From: Naegleria gruberi
Taxonomy: Eukaryota
DNA: 64,000 bases
Assembly: GCA_000004985.1 (NCBI GenBank)
Contig: GG738922.1
Reading direction: 5' to 3' (one strand)
In this document: in pieces, positions 34,101-43,465 of the stretch
Layout: each line of letters begins with the position of its first letter
How positions within the stretch are numbered: the stretch's first letter is position 1
Notes under the pieces: model-generated
Databases searched by the model: none
Told to the model about the DNA's origin: nothing
The model's input: only the letters and a program-made list of their open reading frames with translations
Position numbers and translations under genes: made by a program

Positions 34101-37100
34101 ACTCCTAGTCAACCGTTGAAGTTTAGTTTCATAGTTGATGAGGAAAAGACAAATTCAACATTTTCCAATATTTTAAATCAATCTGGTGATTTAATCATCA
34201 ATTCTCTTTCTCCAATAATTAATAATGATGGATTCACTCTTGTTGAAATTACTTTCCATAAGAGAAATATTGAACTTTCCAGAGATTTGACTCTTTATCA
34301 GGAAACTAAACAATTTAATCTTGGATTGAATATTTCCAATACAGATGGAATGAATCTAGATAGTTGGTTCATATCCATTCCAGTTTATTCCTTTTCAATT
34401 CCGACAAGTCCGTTATTCCAAGTTTCTCCATCAAGTGGTTTGGCATTGGATGTAGAATTTGATATTCAAATTAAACCTTGGTCAGTACCATCAGGATCTG
34501 GTATTCAATTGCAATATGCTATTGGATTTAGAGATGGATTGACAAGTGTCAGATTGTCAGAGTTCAGTACAAATACTTCACTTGACACTTACTTGCCATT
34601 CATTAGGCAAACTGAATCCAAGCAATCAACATTAGCTATGGTTCTGTTTGTTAAAGATTCTATTGGAAATGTCAGAACATTTACCGAAATTTCACAACAA
34701 GTTTCCATTACTGCCTTTAATGGAAATATTGAACAATTATTGGAAAAACTGAATACCATTGATGTTGCTTCCTATGATGAATCTTTCTCCTTCTTTAGTT
34801 CCATTTCAGATAAGAGAGAATTTATTAAGGGAGTTTTGAATAACGGACTTGAAATTGATACAACGTATCCTTCGTCTAGTTTAGTCAGATTGAGAAAACT
34901 TTCTCAAAATCAAACTCTATTGGATGAAGGAATAGTTTCATCTGTTTCCAAGAAAGTTGAATCGTTTGTTAATTCAACAAGTTTGAGTTATTTGAATGAA
35001 AAGAAATTATTGGGAAGAGTTCTAAACAAATTGTCAAGTGACAATTTGAATTCAACCTTGACAGTTACATCAAATATTTTGTCAAGCAAGTTGAATTATA
35101 AGAAATCAATTCAAGTTACAGAAGAATTATCAAGTATGGTACTTTTGGGTGAGGAAGCTATTTCAGTTTCGAATAATGCATCTTTACCAATTGTGGAATA
35201 TTCTCTTCCATCATTTACAATTTCAGTTTCAAGCTTTAGATTGGAATCAAAATCCAATTCAACAACTTCCTTCTCATTCCAAAATAGTATTTCACTCAAT
35301 TTGAATGATATTTTAACCTCTTACAATGGATTTACAAAAGATTCAGGTGTTTCTCTACTTGTTTACAATGATAATCCAGTTTCTGAGGAAAATTCCACTC
35401 AAAGTTCTCACATTAAGAACTTTAAATTCTTTATCGATAACTCTTTAACCATTTTACAAAATTTGAAAGAACCAATCGTCTTGTCTTTCCCAATTTTGGT
35501 AACCAACACTACAGGTTTCAACTTTTCATGCAAATATCTGGATGAAGTTGCCAATTTATGGAAATCTGATGGTTGCTCTTTGATTGGATCTGATTCATCC
35601 AATGCCTATTGTGCATGTACTCACACAACCATGTTTTCTACATTTTTGGAAAGAACCACAACCACAACAATTACACCAGGAAAACCACTCGATAGTAATA
35701 CTGCTCTCCTGTTAGCTCAAATTGCCTTTGGTGTTGTATTTTCCATAATTTCACTTGTTGGTCTTGTTTTCATTTCGATTAATAGAAACAAGCAACCAAT
35801 TAAGAGTAGATTTGTAACTCCATATTTGGGATTGAGTGCCTTGTTGATTGAATGTGTTTTGGCGTTTATTGTGCAGAGAAGTGTCTTGGTTGCTAACTTG
35901 TACGAAACTGATTCGAATGCCAAGAAGAATAATGATTATGCAGCAAACATTTTGGCTAATATTGTTACAATTATTGTAAACACGATCAACCTGACAGCAA
36001 TTTTGAGCTATTTGATCCAAGTAAGCAGATTCCAAATATTGAAATACCTCTACCATATTATGAGATCTCGTTCTGATCAGGAAATGGCAAAACAAATCAA
36101 GCATGTGAGAAGAATTTCATCCAACAAATTATTTGCAACAATTCTCTCAATCTTTGCCGTATTGAATGTTATTTATTGGACAGTGCTAGTTATTTTGTTA
36201 AGAACTGGAGTGTTGACTGCTGAAATTTACACCTACATTGTCTCAATTTCCTATTCTGCAATTATCATTCTTTTAGGAATTTGCATTAGTTCAGTAATTT
36301 TATTTGATGGAATTTCCTACATGTCCATTGAAAAGAAGAGAAGAAATTTGATCGATGCAGCAATGAGTAGAATTATGGGAAATTTGGGTTCAGAAAATGG
36401 TCAAAAAACCACCAGAGAATTCTTCCTTGTTAGACTAAAGAATTGGTTCACTAGTTTGGATGGTCCACTCTACTTTAGAGCTGAAATGATTTGTTTCTTG
36501 ATTAGTTTCTTCTTCCTTTTGGCTAATCAAATTATTGGATTGTCAACACTTTCACTCAGAAATCTTTCGAATAGTTCACAGACAGCTATTACCAATATTT
36601 CCATTGATACTTCTTTAATTGTCACAGATTCCTTAATATTTGCCTTTGAAATTTTATATGCCATTTGGTATGTGTTAGTGTTTGGAGGTTTGGCTTCCTT
36701 TATTTTCACCAAGATGAATATTCGTGCTCTATTGGAAGGCAAACTAAACTCCAAGAAGAAACAAAATCAAGGAAATCAGGTTGCTCTTGAGGAGTCTTCA
36801 GAATTGGGAGAAGATATGAAACGTGTCTTTGACGACCAAGATGGATACAACTTGTTTGAAGTGTATTGTATTAAGGAAATGGCCTCGGAGAATTTATATC
36901 TCTTCAAGGAATTACAATCTTCAGTCAGCTTAACCAGATCAGCAACCATTTCAGTACCAGACTTGTATGATCTCTTAACCAATGTCAGGAAAGTTTATAT
37001 TGCTTCTGGAGCCACTTGCGAAGTTAATATTTCTGCAAAATGTAGAAAGGAATTTGAAGCATTCTATTTTAGAGTTGAAAGAATGAAGAAATCAGAAATT

Positions 37101-37457
37101 CATGAAATTTTCAACTCAAATTCTTCAACTCCTCCAAAATCTGCAAACAATAAGAAGTATGTTCTCACATCATGGATCCACAAATCTCCAAGAGAAACTC
37201 ATCATTCCATAAGTTCAGAAACTGCTCTTGTTAATGGTCCTCCATCACCAAAGAGTACTGACTCAATTGATACACTCAAGGAAGGTGAGATGTTGACAAG
37301 TAGACAAGTGACTGAAGGTATTGAAACATTGAAACAGGAGGTGATTATTAATCTTGGAGATACCTTCTCTCGTTTCATTTTCACAAAGGAGTATAAGTTG
37401 CTTCAACAAACTTCCTTACAAAAAACTCAATTATTAGAAACAACAAACTTGGTTTAA
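31182..37457 (+). CDS. giant receptor: signal peptide - ~20 tandem EGF-like repeats - large extracellular region - GPS (GAIN-type) motif - 7TM - C-terminal RGS domain (adhesion-GPCR-like 7TM-RGS fusion)
   Basis: 2091-aa single exon with ATG at 31182. Signal peptide FFFILLSFILLLLSISS. EGF-like six-Cys units (CFGKLSNETNVCGGNGSCIGLDKCLCKDGFFGELC) run from about aa 170 to 790. GPS motif NFSCKYLDEVANLWKSDGCSLIGSDSSNAYCACTHTTMFSTF lies about 25 aa before the first of seven hydrophobic helices. The RGS-like domain is ...GYNLFEVYCIKEMASENLYLFKELQ...EVNISAKCRKEFEAFYFRVE. Confidence 0.8.
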   Translation: MKQTIFFFILLSFILLLLSISSTDACNCNGRGLCNILANTCVCKDINAVNSLSGGQTLAAGSALVSSNGLFRAEMRTDGTFIVIGGDGQNYTRTGTAGSGLLFTTNGVLQIGLSIISTVLSLLNSSPMLVLRNDGELAIYSQPLLGSVTLEWGSGTGAAIAPTSDDYLYGGSNCEIAKCGGLLPSAPLVCSSKGTCNGLGECICSDGYFGGLCNVLSCAGISQLNGSVCSGKGTCDGMNLCNCQNGFLGSTCEAFKCFDKFMNDTNVCNLGSCLGPDLCQCPLGYFGLNCSIPKCFGLLGNETNVCGAKGSCIAPDKCLCQSDILGDVCNVFKCFNKLSNETNVCGGNGSCIGLDKCLCKDGFFGELCDKVKCFGKLSNETGVCGLGQCIGTDLCQCPLGYFGLNCSIPKCFGLLGNDTNVCGGNGSCISPDQCLCKSGLFGDLCDKVKCFGKLSNESGVCGFGQCIGTDLCQCLPGYSGEKCNLFKCFNKFMNDTNVCNLGTCLGPDVCQCPLNKFGLDCSLSNCFGILSNETNVCGGKGICTGLDQCLCQPDALGPVCNVFKCFGHLSNETNVCGFGQCVGADICSCLPGYGGERCDILKCGNFLANETGVCNGLGLCTQPGKCLCNQVGVLGDLCNVFDCFGKLSNQSGVCGLGSCILPNICNCPLDVFGFECNDFKCGLLWKNESSVCNSKGSCIGPNLCQCLNGYGGQFCQDFSCFGKVAGACSNQGQCIGPNQCLCNDNYFGSFCNITTCFTKWSNSSNPAEVCSGRGQCVGLDLCQCIDGFDGQNCQVDLRMFGVQLNSSQNVNVMWNDKSDVNLVFSTLPELIIEPPVSNPRLRFEVTCLTNCVGKDSFLVSSSVINQLTGQFNVQLNTSFLLDLGLPNFQFKVKAYYANNAPYAERFSNYLYFNINVSGGLQKMRSLGIPQYFIKSSFQSTEIINIDSTIFGMYLDRITYYNLVKSVCSWGSCLTPSQPLKFSFIVDEEKTNSTFSNILNQSGDLIINSLSPIINNDGFTLVEITFHKRNIELSRDLTLYQETKQFNLGLNISNTDGMNLDSWFISIPVYSFSIPTSPLFQVSPSSGLALDVEFDIQIKPWSVPSGSGIQLQYAIGFRDGLTSVRLSEFSTNTSLDTYLPFIRQTESKQSTLAMVLFVKDSIGNVRTFTEISQQVSITAFNGNIEQLLEKLNTIDVASYDESFSFFSSISDKREFIKGVLNNGLEIDTTYPSSSLVRLRKLSQNQTLLDEGIVSSVSKKVESFVNSTSLSYLNEKKLLGRVLNKLSSDNLNSTLTVTSNILSSKLNYKKSIQVTEELSSMVLLGEEAISVSNNASLPIVEYSLPSFTISVSSFRLESKSNSTTSFSFQNSISLNLNDILTSYNGFTKDSGVSLLVYNDNPVSEENSTQSSHIKNFKFFIDNSLTILQNLKEPIVLSFPILVTNTTGFNFSCKYLDEVANLWKSDGCSLIGSDSSNAYCACTHTTMFSTFLERTTTTTITPGKPLDSNTALLLAQIAFGVVFSIISLVGLVFISINRNKQPIKSRFVTPYLGLSALLIECVLAFIVQRSVLVANLYETDSNAKKNNDYAANILANIVTIIVNTINLTAILSYLIQVSRFQILKYLYHIMRSRSDQEMAKQIKHVRRISSNKLFATILSIFAVLNVIYWTVLVILLRTGVLTAEIYTYIVSISYSAIIILLGICISSVILFDGISYMSIEKKRRNLIDAAMSRIMGNLGSENGQKTTREFFLVRLKNWFTSLDGPLYFRAEMICFLISFFFLLANQIIGLSTLSLRNLSNSSQTAITNISIDTSLIVTDSLIFAFEILYAIWYVLVFGGLASFIFTKMNIRALLEGKLNSKKKQNQGNQVALEESSELGEDMKRVFDDQDGYNLFEVYCIKEMASENLYLFKELQSSVSLTRSATISVPDLYDLLTNVRKVYIASGATCEVNISAKCRKEFEAFYFRVERMKKSEIHEIFNSNSSTPPKSANNKKYVLTSWIHKSPRETHHSISSETALVNGPPSPKSTDSIDTLKEGEMLTSRQVTEGIETLKQEVIINLGDTFSRFIFTKEYKLLQQTSLQKTQLLETTNLV
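31690..33552 (+). repeat. intragenic tandem array of EGF-like repeat codons (~114 nt unit, with a ~345-nt three-EGF block duplicated almost exactly)
   Basis: For example 31940-32100 and 32290-32460 are near-identical (CQCPLGYFGLNCSIPKCFGLLGNE/DTNVCG occurs twice). The unit is CF[GNK]KLSNETNVCGxGxCxGxDxCxCxxGxxGxxC. Confidence 0.6.
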
Positions 37458-37499
37458 ATACCAAATATACGAATAATAAATAATTACAATATTTACAAG

Positions 37500-38726
37500 T
37501 TAGTCTCTCAAACGTTTTACATTCTCGTGGAACCATTCCAAATCTAATGAATTGATTGAAGTTTTCCAAACATCTGCCCAATCCTCTCCAGTTAACATAT
37601 CACTAATTTCAATTTTCAAATTAAATAGAGAATCAAAGCTAAAGCTTTCAGATCCAAGAATGTCAAAACTTCTAACCACGCCATCATAGATGAGGTTTTT
37701 GTGATTTTGATCCAGCACTATACCAGTTATGGACTCCAAGTATTTAGCCAGACTATCAATGTGAGTGTATTCCCCAGCACTGATTGCTTTTTTGAAAATT
37801 CCAACTCTTTCCAAATAATTATCTCTATATTCTTGTCCTGAAATTACTGGGAATAGAGTTTGATCGATACAGACCAGTGATTTGTGAGTTTTAGAGAAGA
37901 GAACATTACCAGCATTTCCAGTATGTTCCCAAACATCCTTCAATGGAATTCTGTCACAATTATTACATAATAAATCCAAAACAAGCATTCTTCCTAATTC
38001 TTTCAATACAGTCTCCGAAGTTAACAATTCTCTTGAGAGCTCTGGTTGACCCATCAAATCCTCCAAAGTAATAGCTCCTTCCACAAATTCCATTATTAAA
38101 AAGAAAGCTCTATCTAATTGTTTGTTCACTTTCATTTCAATAATTTGATGATTTTTTTCCTTTGCAATTCTAACCATATTATCTTTCATAGCCCACCATT
38201 CTCTATCTGAGTATGAAAATAGCTTGGACTTGTCTCGTTTCGGGCAATATTCAACTAATCTTGTTGCAGGAGCTTTCAATTCCAACAATTGTGCAATTCT
38301 AGATCCAAAAATCTCTGCTGCAATTGATGAGGTTGCCTTAACCACAATAACCTTTCCAGATTCCTGTGTTTCCACAAAGAAAACTCCACTCGAAGTATTT
38401 TCACTAATTCCAATATTCCTTACACTATTCCAATCAATTTTCTCATCTAATGGCCAAGCCTTAGCATTTGCCATATCAATTTTTTCCTCAGTTTCAACAG
38501 TCCACTTTTTCTTGACCCTTCCCGATGCTGGTGGTTGTTGAATTATATGATTACCTCCTGGAGGAGGTGGAGGAACAGAAACACTCGAAGGTGGAGGAGG
38601 TGGTGGAACATTCTTCCTATTTATACAAGCAGCAATCATCGATGACGATGGAGGAAGAGGAACAGTCGATCCCGAAGGTGGTGGTGGAACATTGGTAGGT
38701 TCGTTTGGAGGTGGTGGCGGAATCAT
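37500..38726 (-). CDS. proline-rich protein with a C-terminal atypical kinase-like domain (actin-fragmin-kinase-like; tentative)
   Basis: The track start at 38729 is TTG; the ATG is at 38724-38726 (MIPPPPPNEPTNVPPPP...). After polyproline tracts come GVFFVETQESGKVIVVK...LIMEFVEG...LVLDLLCNNCDRIP, which resembles a nucleotide-binding lobe and catalytic-loop-like D..NxDR. The family call is from memory only. Confidence 0.45.
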   Translation of the reverse strand: MIPPPPPNEPTNVPPPPSGSTVPLPPSSSMIAACINRKNVPPPPPPSSVSVPPPPPGGNHIIQQPPASGRVKKKWTVETEEKIDMANAKAWPLDEKIDWNSVRNIGISENTSSGVFFVETQESGKVIVVKATSSIAAEIFGSRIAQLLELKAPATRLVEYCPKRDKSKLFSYSDREWWAMKDNMVRIAKEKNHQIIEMKVNKQLDRAFFLIMEFVEGAITLEDLMGQPELSRELLTSETVLKELGRMLVLDLLCNNCDRIPLKDVWEHTGNAGNVLFSKTHKSLVCIDQTLFPVISGQEYRDNYLERVGIFKKAISAGEYTHIDSLAKYLESITGIVLDQNHKNLIYDGVVRSFDILGSESFSFDSLFNLKIEISDMLTGEDWADVWKTSINSLDLEWFHENVKRLRD

Positions 38727-38925
38727 CAAGTATTTATATTCTTATTTTTTTTAATATTTGTTATTTAATTTTGGATGAACTTGGCAAATATTTGTAAATT
38801 ACTATCATGTTCCAAGTTCTTTCTAACACGAATTGGCTCACCTTTATAATTTGGTGTTCTTATTAATTTTTTGTTCAATAAGCATTGAGGTGTATCGATC
38901 TTTCTTGGAGGTGCAATTTCAAATT

Positions 38926-41523
38926 ATGAAATGTTGCAGAAAGTTTACAAAAAAAATGAGAGAAGTGGGGCTGGCAAATCTTCCTTCAGAAATTCATCAC
39001 GAAATTTTATCGTGGCTTGATTATGTTCGGGATATTTGTGCTCATCCCTTGTTATTCGTTCCTAATTATCCAAGAATATCATCGAGTGAAGAATTGGAAA
39101 AATTGATGGATTCTGATGAATATTTAGAATTTGATCTTCCGAGTCGTCCTCTCTTTCTTGTATGCAAATCTTTTTTAGAGTCTTTTAAGAGTTACAAGCC
39201 ATCAGTAATTAATATAACTTATTTTGAAACAAGCAATGAAGCCTATCGTTCAATGTTTACTCTGGATTTGAAATATTCTTATAAGATTGTAAGATATCCT
39301 TGGGTTGAGTTGCCCAAAGCTAGAATGCACAAATATTGGAAACAAGATTCAATGGAAGTATTCTTTGATTTTTCAAAGAAGATGAAGAGATTGTGTAGAT
39401 GTAATCCCTTTAATCGAGTAGAGCTGGTGTCATTTTCCAAACATTTTGGTAAAAACTATTACATTGATTGTTTGGGTATTGGATTTACAATGAGTTTGCC
39501 TAAATTAAGGCGTATAATGCCGAGCGTAAAATATTATCACACAAATTTTAGAACAGGAATGAAACCTGTCATGTTAAGTAATGAATTCATGACTAATGTT
39601 TACGATAGTTTTCCTCATAAGCCACAACCAGCAAGAAATGAAAATGTTTTTTGGATATCTACCCAATATGAAAATCCAGCCAACAAGATTTCTATGGAAA
39701 GTTTTATTACTTCTTTACCTAAAATTTTCCTAAGAAACATTGAATTATTGCTATTTTGTTATATAGCTAATGGTAATGTAAACGATTGTAAGATGATTAT
39801 TGAAAATTTCCATTTTGATATAGATTATTTTTCTCACATATGGCATGAAAATATCTCTCAGAACCATATGTTCAAGTATGTCAGTATTTCAGTAACTACT
39901 GATATGCTCAAGTGCATTTATGAAAAGTATCCAAACTTTAAGATTTTCAAATTTCCTATTCATAGTGTAGCTTGTTTGAAAATTATTGAAAAACTTCCAT
40001 TTATACACATTAACGTAGCAAGGAACATAACAACCGAATTCATAGAATGCTCTCTTGAAAAGAATGACATTGCTTCGTTTTGTACACAGCACAGCATAGA
40101 CTTATCAGGGTTGGGAAAGTACAAATTTTCTGCTGCAAGTTTTGATAGAGATACTTTTCAGAAATGCAAGTTGGCATCCATTTCTCTCGACTTTAATATT
40201 GGAGATTTGATGGGTATTACACCATGCATGATTCATGTTGATGATTATTCCAAAGCTAAATGTAATATAGACACGCGAGACGTATACGGAAATAATATCT
40301 TACATTACTATCTTAGCAATAGCTATACTTATAATCGCTGGATGGATTCTCCTTATCACACAATTCCTTGTCTGTCTCATAACTCAGAAAAAGAATTGTC
40401 TAATTTATTAGATGAAGAAAATGTATTCGGTTTTACACCAAAAGAAATTGGCTTTTCAAAATGTTGTAATAGAGTATTTGAAAATTCTGAAAAGAAACTA
40501 TTCAATTATTACAATTTTGCTAGAACGTGTGTTGAGGATGCTAAATTGAGATTATTAGATGGACAACTGGTTGATTTAAGGATACTCTATGCCACAAGAA
40601 ATGAATTACTGAAAAATTGTAGTTATGATGAATTCAAAGACATTAATTACCGAGATGAAAACGGCAAGCATTTAGTTCACTACCTAAGTAATTGTTTGAC
40701 TAGTTTTTCTTCAAGTTTTCAATCCAAAATCAACAGTACCATAGTGGAAACAGTTCGAGAAGGATTAGGATTATCTTTGAAAGATATTGTATATTGCAAA
40801 GATATTAATGAAACAATGCCCATCCAAAAATGCTATTTACCATATTTTTCAATTCTTAAAGAATTGGCACCCTTAGGATTATTGAATATTAATTTCTTCT
40901 CCTACAGTGACAATTTTGGAATGTATAGATTTATGTATCTATTATTAAGTTATTCTAATTTGGACATCATTTTCAATGAATTGCATACAATTGCATTTGA
41001 TTATTCACAAAAGAAACCTCAACTTATATCCTTGTGCTGTGAATCCGATAATGAATTTTTTTACTTTTCATTAGAACAAAGTGATTTGACTCAGTTAACA
41101 AATGTATCTTATTTAGGATCTTGTTATGGAGATGATTTTTCCCATTGGATTATAAGATATTGCCTATTCATAATTGAAAATGATTATTATTATTACAATA
41201 GTCTTTTAGATTCTTTATTGCATTCACTTATCAAAAAAGGATTAAGGTTTGATGTGGTAAGAAATTGTTTTGGAAAAACTGCTTTCGACATTTTGAACGA
41301 GTATTCATGTGCCAAAACAGTAGAAAATTTCGAATCCATCAAAGAACTCAAAGATATTTGTAGAAAGGGTCTGCAAAACAACTCAAAAGCTTTACCACAT
41401 TTTATTCTCAAATATAACAAGTCTCAGAAACATTCAATCGTAGAAGAATCTGAAACTAAAATAATATCAACTGATTGTCCAAGAGTGAAAGTTGTAAGAG
41501 CACTCTACTTTCCAAAGCAGTAA
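38926..41523 (+). CDS. large hypothetical protein with F-box-like N-terminal motif
   Basis: The track start at 38833 is TTG; the first ATG is 38926 (MKCCRKFTKKMREVGLANLPSEIHHEILSWLDYVRDICAHPLLFV, F-box-like). 866-aa ORF, single exon, no other recognised domain. Confidence 0.5.
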   Translation: MKCCRKFTKKMREVGLANLPSEIHHEILSWLDYVRDICAHPLLFVPNYPRISSSEELEKLMDSDEYLEFDLPSRPLFLVCKSFLESFKSYKPSVINITYFETSNEAYRSMFTLDLKYSYKIVRYPWVELPKARMHKYWKQDSMEVFFDFSKKMKRLCRCNPFNRVELVSFSKHFGKNYYIDCLGIGFTMSLPKLRRIMPSVKYYHTNFRTGMKPVMLSNEFMTNVYDSFPHKPQPARNENVFWISTQYENPANKISMESFITSLPKIFLRNIELLLFCYIANGNVNDCKMIIENFHFDIDYFSHIWHENISQNHMFKYVSISVTTDMLKCIYEKYPNFKIFKFPIHSVACLKIIEKLPFIHINVARNITTEFIECSLEKNDIASFCTQHSIDLSGLGKYKFSAASFDRDTFQKCKLASISLDFNIGDLMGITPCMIHVDDYSKAKCNIDTRDVYGNNILHYYLSNSYTYNRWMDSPYHTIPCLSHNSEKELSNLLDEENVFGFTPKEIGFSKCCNRVFENSEKKLFNYYNFARTCVEDAKLRLLDGQLVDLRILYATRNELLKNCSYDEFKDINYRDENGKHLVHYLSNCLTSFSSSFQSKINSTIVETVREGLGLSLKDIVYCKDINETMPIQKCYLPYFSILKELAPLGLLNINFFSYSDNFGMYRFMYLLLSYSNLDIIFNELHTIAFDYSQKKPQLISLCCESDNEFFYFSLEQSDLTQLTNVSYLGSCYGDDFSHWIIRYCLFIIENDYYYYNSLLDSLLHSLIKKGLRFDVVRNCFGKTAFDILNEYSCAKTVENFESIKELKDICRKGLQNNSKALPHFILKYNKSQKHSIVEESETKIISTDCPRVKVVRALYFPKQ

Positions 41524-41570
41524 TTTAATTCAATTTGTATTAATATATAGAACAATTTATAGAAAATTAA

Positions 41571-41885
41571 TTAACAAAGGGACAACCACTTGAAAACATT
41601 TCCCTCAATATTCAAACTACAACTACAAACATGCTGTCCTGTCAAATCATATGTAATACTTTCATAAATATTACCAGGAGATATGTGTTGAATAGGATGT
41701 AAGCATAACCAGGACCAACTGTTTCTGAAACCAATATTGGAGTTTAACACCGTATTGAGTATTAGCCACGTTCTCAGAACATTGTTGAATTGCTTCCATG
41801 TTGCATCTGCATCATGTCTGATAACTATGACTGTTGTAGTTCCGTAACGAAATTGTACCCACATGAATTTATATCCAACACTCAC
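41571..41885 (-). other. open frame (104 codons, no ATG) that looks protein-like (…YGTTTVIVIRHDADATWKQFNNVLRTWLILN…YDLTGQHVCSCS) - probably terminal exon(s) of an unresolved spliced gene
   Basis: The frame is open from a TAA at ~41930 to a TAA at 41571. A candidate first exon lies at ~42040-42120 on the minus strand (ATG GAT AAT GAA... MDNEVMGSKTVNDGLVCLMEDCRSANV followed by GTAAGT). I could not find a phase-consistent acceptor. Confidence 0.25.
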
Positions 41886-42231
41886 AATACTTTGGTCAAT
41901 AGCAATTGTACCACTCCCGATTCCAAAAGGATGATGTGGTTACATAGAAGATTTTGACGAATGAAACAATTGTATTATTTAATTTTCTATTGTAAAGCAT
42001 TTTGTAATAAAGTGCTCAGCAATGCTTGGTAATTTCCTTCTTCAGTTTCGTTCACACTTACCACATTCGCACTCCTACAATCTTCCATTAAGCAAACCAA
42101 CCCATCATTGACTGTTTTGCTTCCCATTACTTCATTATCCATTGAAAATGCATCCTCTGGTTGTCCAAATTACACACTTCTTCAATAGTTCCGTTGTGCA
42201 AAGTTGAATATTTGCTGAAAATTAAATAAAA

Positions 42232-43123
42232 ATGATGCAACCAACAAATCTATTGAAACCCATCTCGATAGTAGTGCTCATTGCTGCTTCCTTGCTGGTC
42301 TTGTGTGGAGTTTTCTTTTCTGTTCTGACAACTTTGTAAGTTTTTGTTGAACATTTTCATTTTGGACTTAATCCGAAAAAACAATGTTATTATTCGTTCA
42401 CTTTTTTGTGTTCACAATTTTCATCAAATCACCATCTACAATGATGACAATGAAAATCACACAATACATTCGGAATTTTAATAATATTTAATTAAATTCA
42501 AAAAAAGAGATGTCGATGAACATCCCTATAATATAGCCAATAATTGTACCATTATTCATCCGACATTGTCATGTAAACAAGTGACCAATGTTGGGGATAC
42601 CTGTTCGGCACTTGTTTGTTTATGGAATGTTAATGGTACTGTTGCTAACAATGTTTCGTCCACTTCTGAGGTTGTGGTATCAGTTGGAGAAATTCAATGT
42701 CCAAAGTCTAATTTGAGAACTGTTTTGGATTTTCCAAATGTTGATCCATATATTTCCTATTCATCAGGTGATAATGTCACTTGTTATACGAGTGATAATA
42801 ATTCGTACTTTGTTTCGTATTTAGTTTATTATAAGTCAAATGGAGCTCCTTGGATGGTACTTTCTGGATTGAGTTGGGGAGCACTTGTTGGAATAATTGG
42901 ACCAATTACAATTGTTGTCATAGTTTATTGGATTATGATTAGTTTTGGTGTGATAAAGAAGGATGTTTTCGTACAACAATTCGATAGCATTACTGAATCA
43001 AAACCAATTTCAAAACAACAATCAAATAATCATCATCACAATGGTCACATTCATTCCAAGAAATATGAAGGAGCTACTTATGAAGAAGAGCAAGATGAAG
43101 ACGAAGTTGTCATTCAAATTTAA
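42232..43123 (+). CDS. type-I membrane glycoprotein (signal peptide, Cys-containing ectodomain, one TM, acidic His-rich tail), two exons (42232..42335, 42508..43123)
   Basis: Exon 1 MMQPTNLLKPISIVVLIAASLLVLCGVFFSVLTT ends at the GTAAGT donor (42336-42341). The only phase-compatible acceptor is the AG at 42506-42507 (172-nt intron). Exon 2 continues LDVDEHPYNIANNCTIIHPTLSCKQVTNVGDTCSALVCLWNVNG... with TM helix MVLSGLSWGALVGIIGPITIVVIVYWIMISFGVI. The track ORF 42566..43123 starts at TTG with no ATG. Confidence 0.55.
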
Positions 43124-43465
43124 TGTTATTGATATGATTTCAATACAATTTTGAATAAAATCAATTGTTGAACAACAATTTATCAGAAAATGCATTGCTA
43201 CGAAATCGAACAATCTTTTCATCTTTCCTTTCTTGTTCCGCTCCTTCCATATTTATTCGCTTAAAGAAGATGACTATTCACTTTACAGTTTTCCTTAATA
43301 TCCCACAACTTTCCCTTAATTCAATTATTCCTCTTTCAACAAATATCAACCAAATCTATTAATGAAATATCTCACTTTTCATTGTCCATCAAAACTTCCA
43401 TCAATTCCCATCAAATTTAAATTTACCTCCAAAACAGTAGTCGGTTTTTTCCTTACTTTAAAAAA

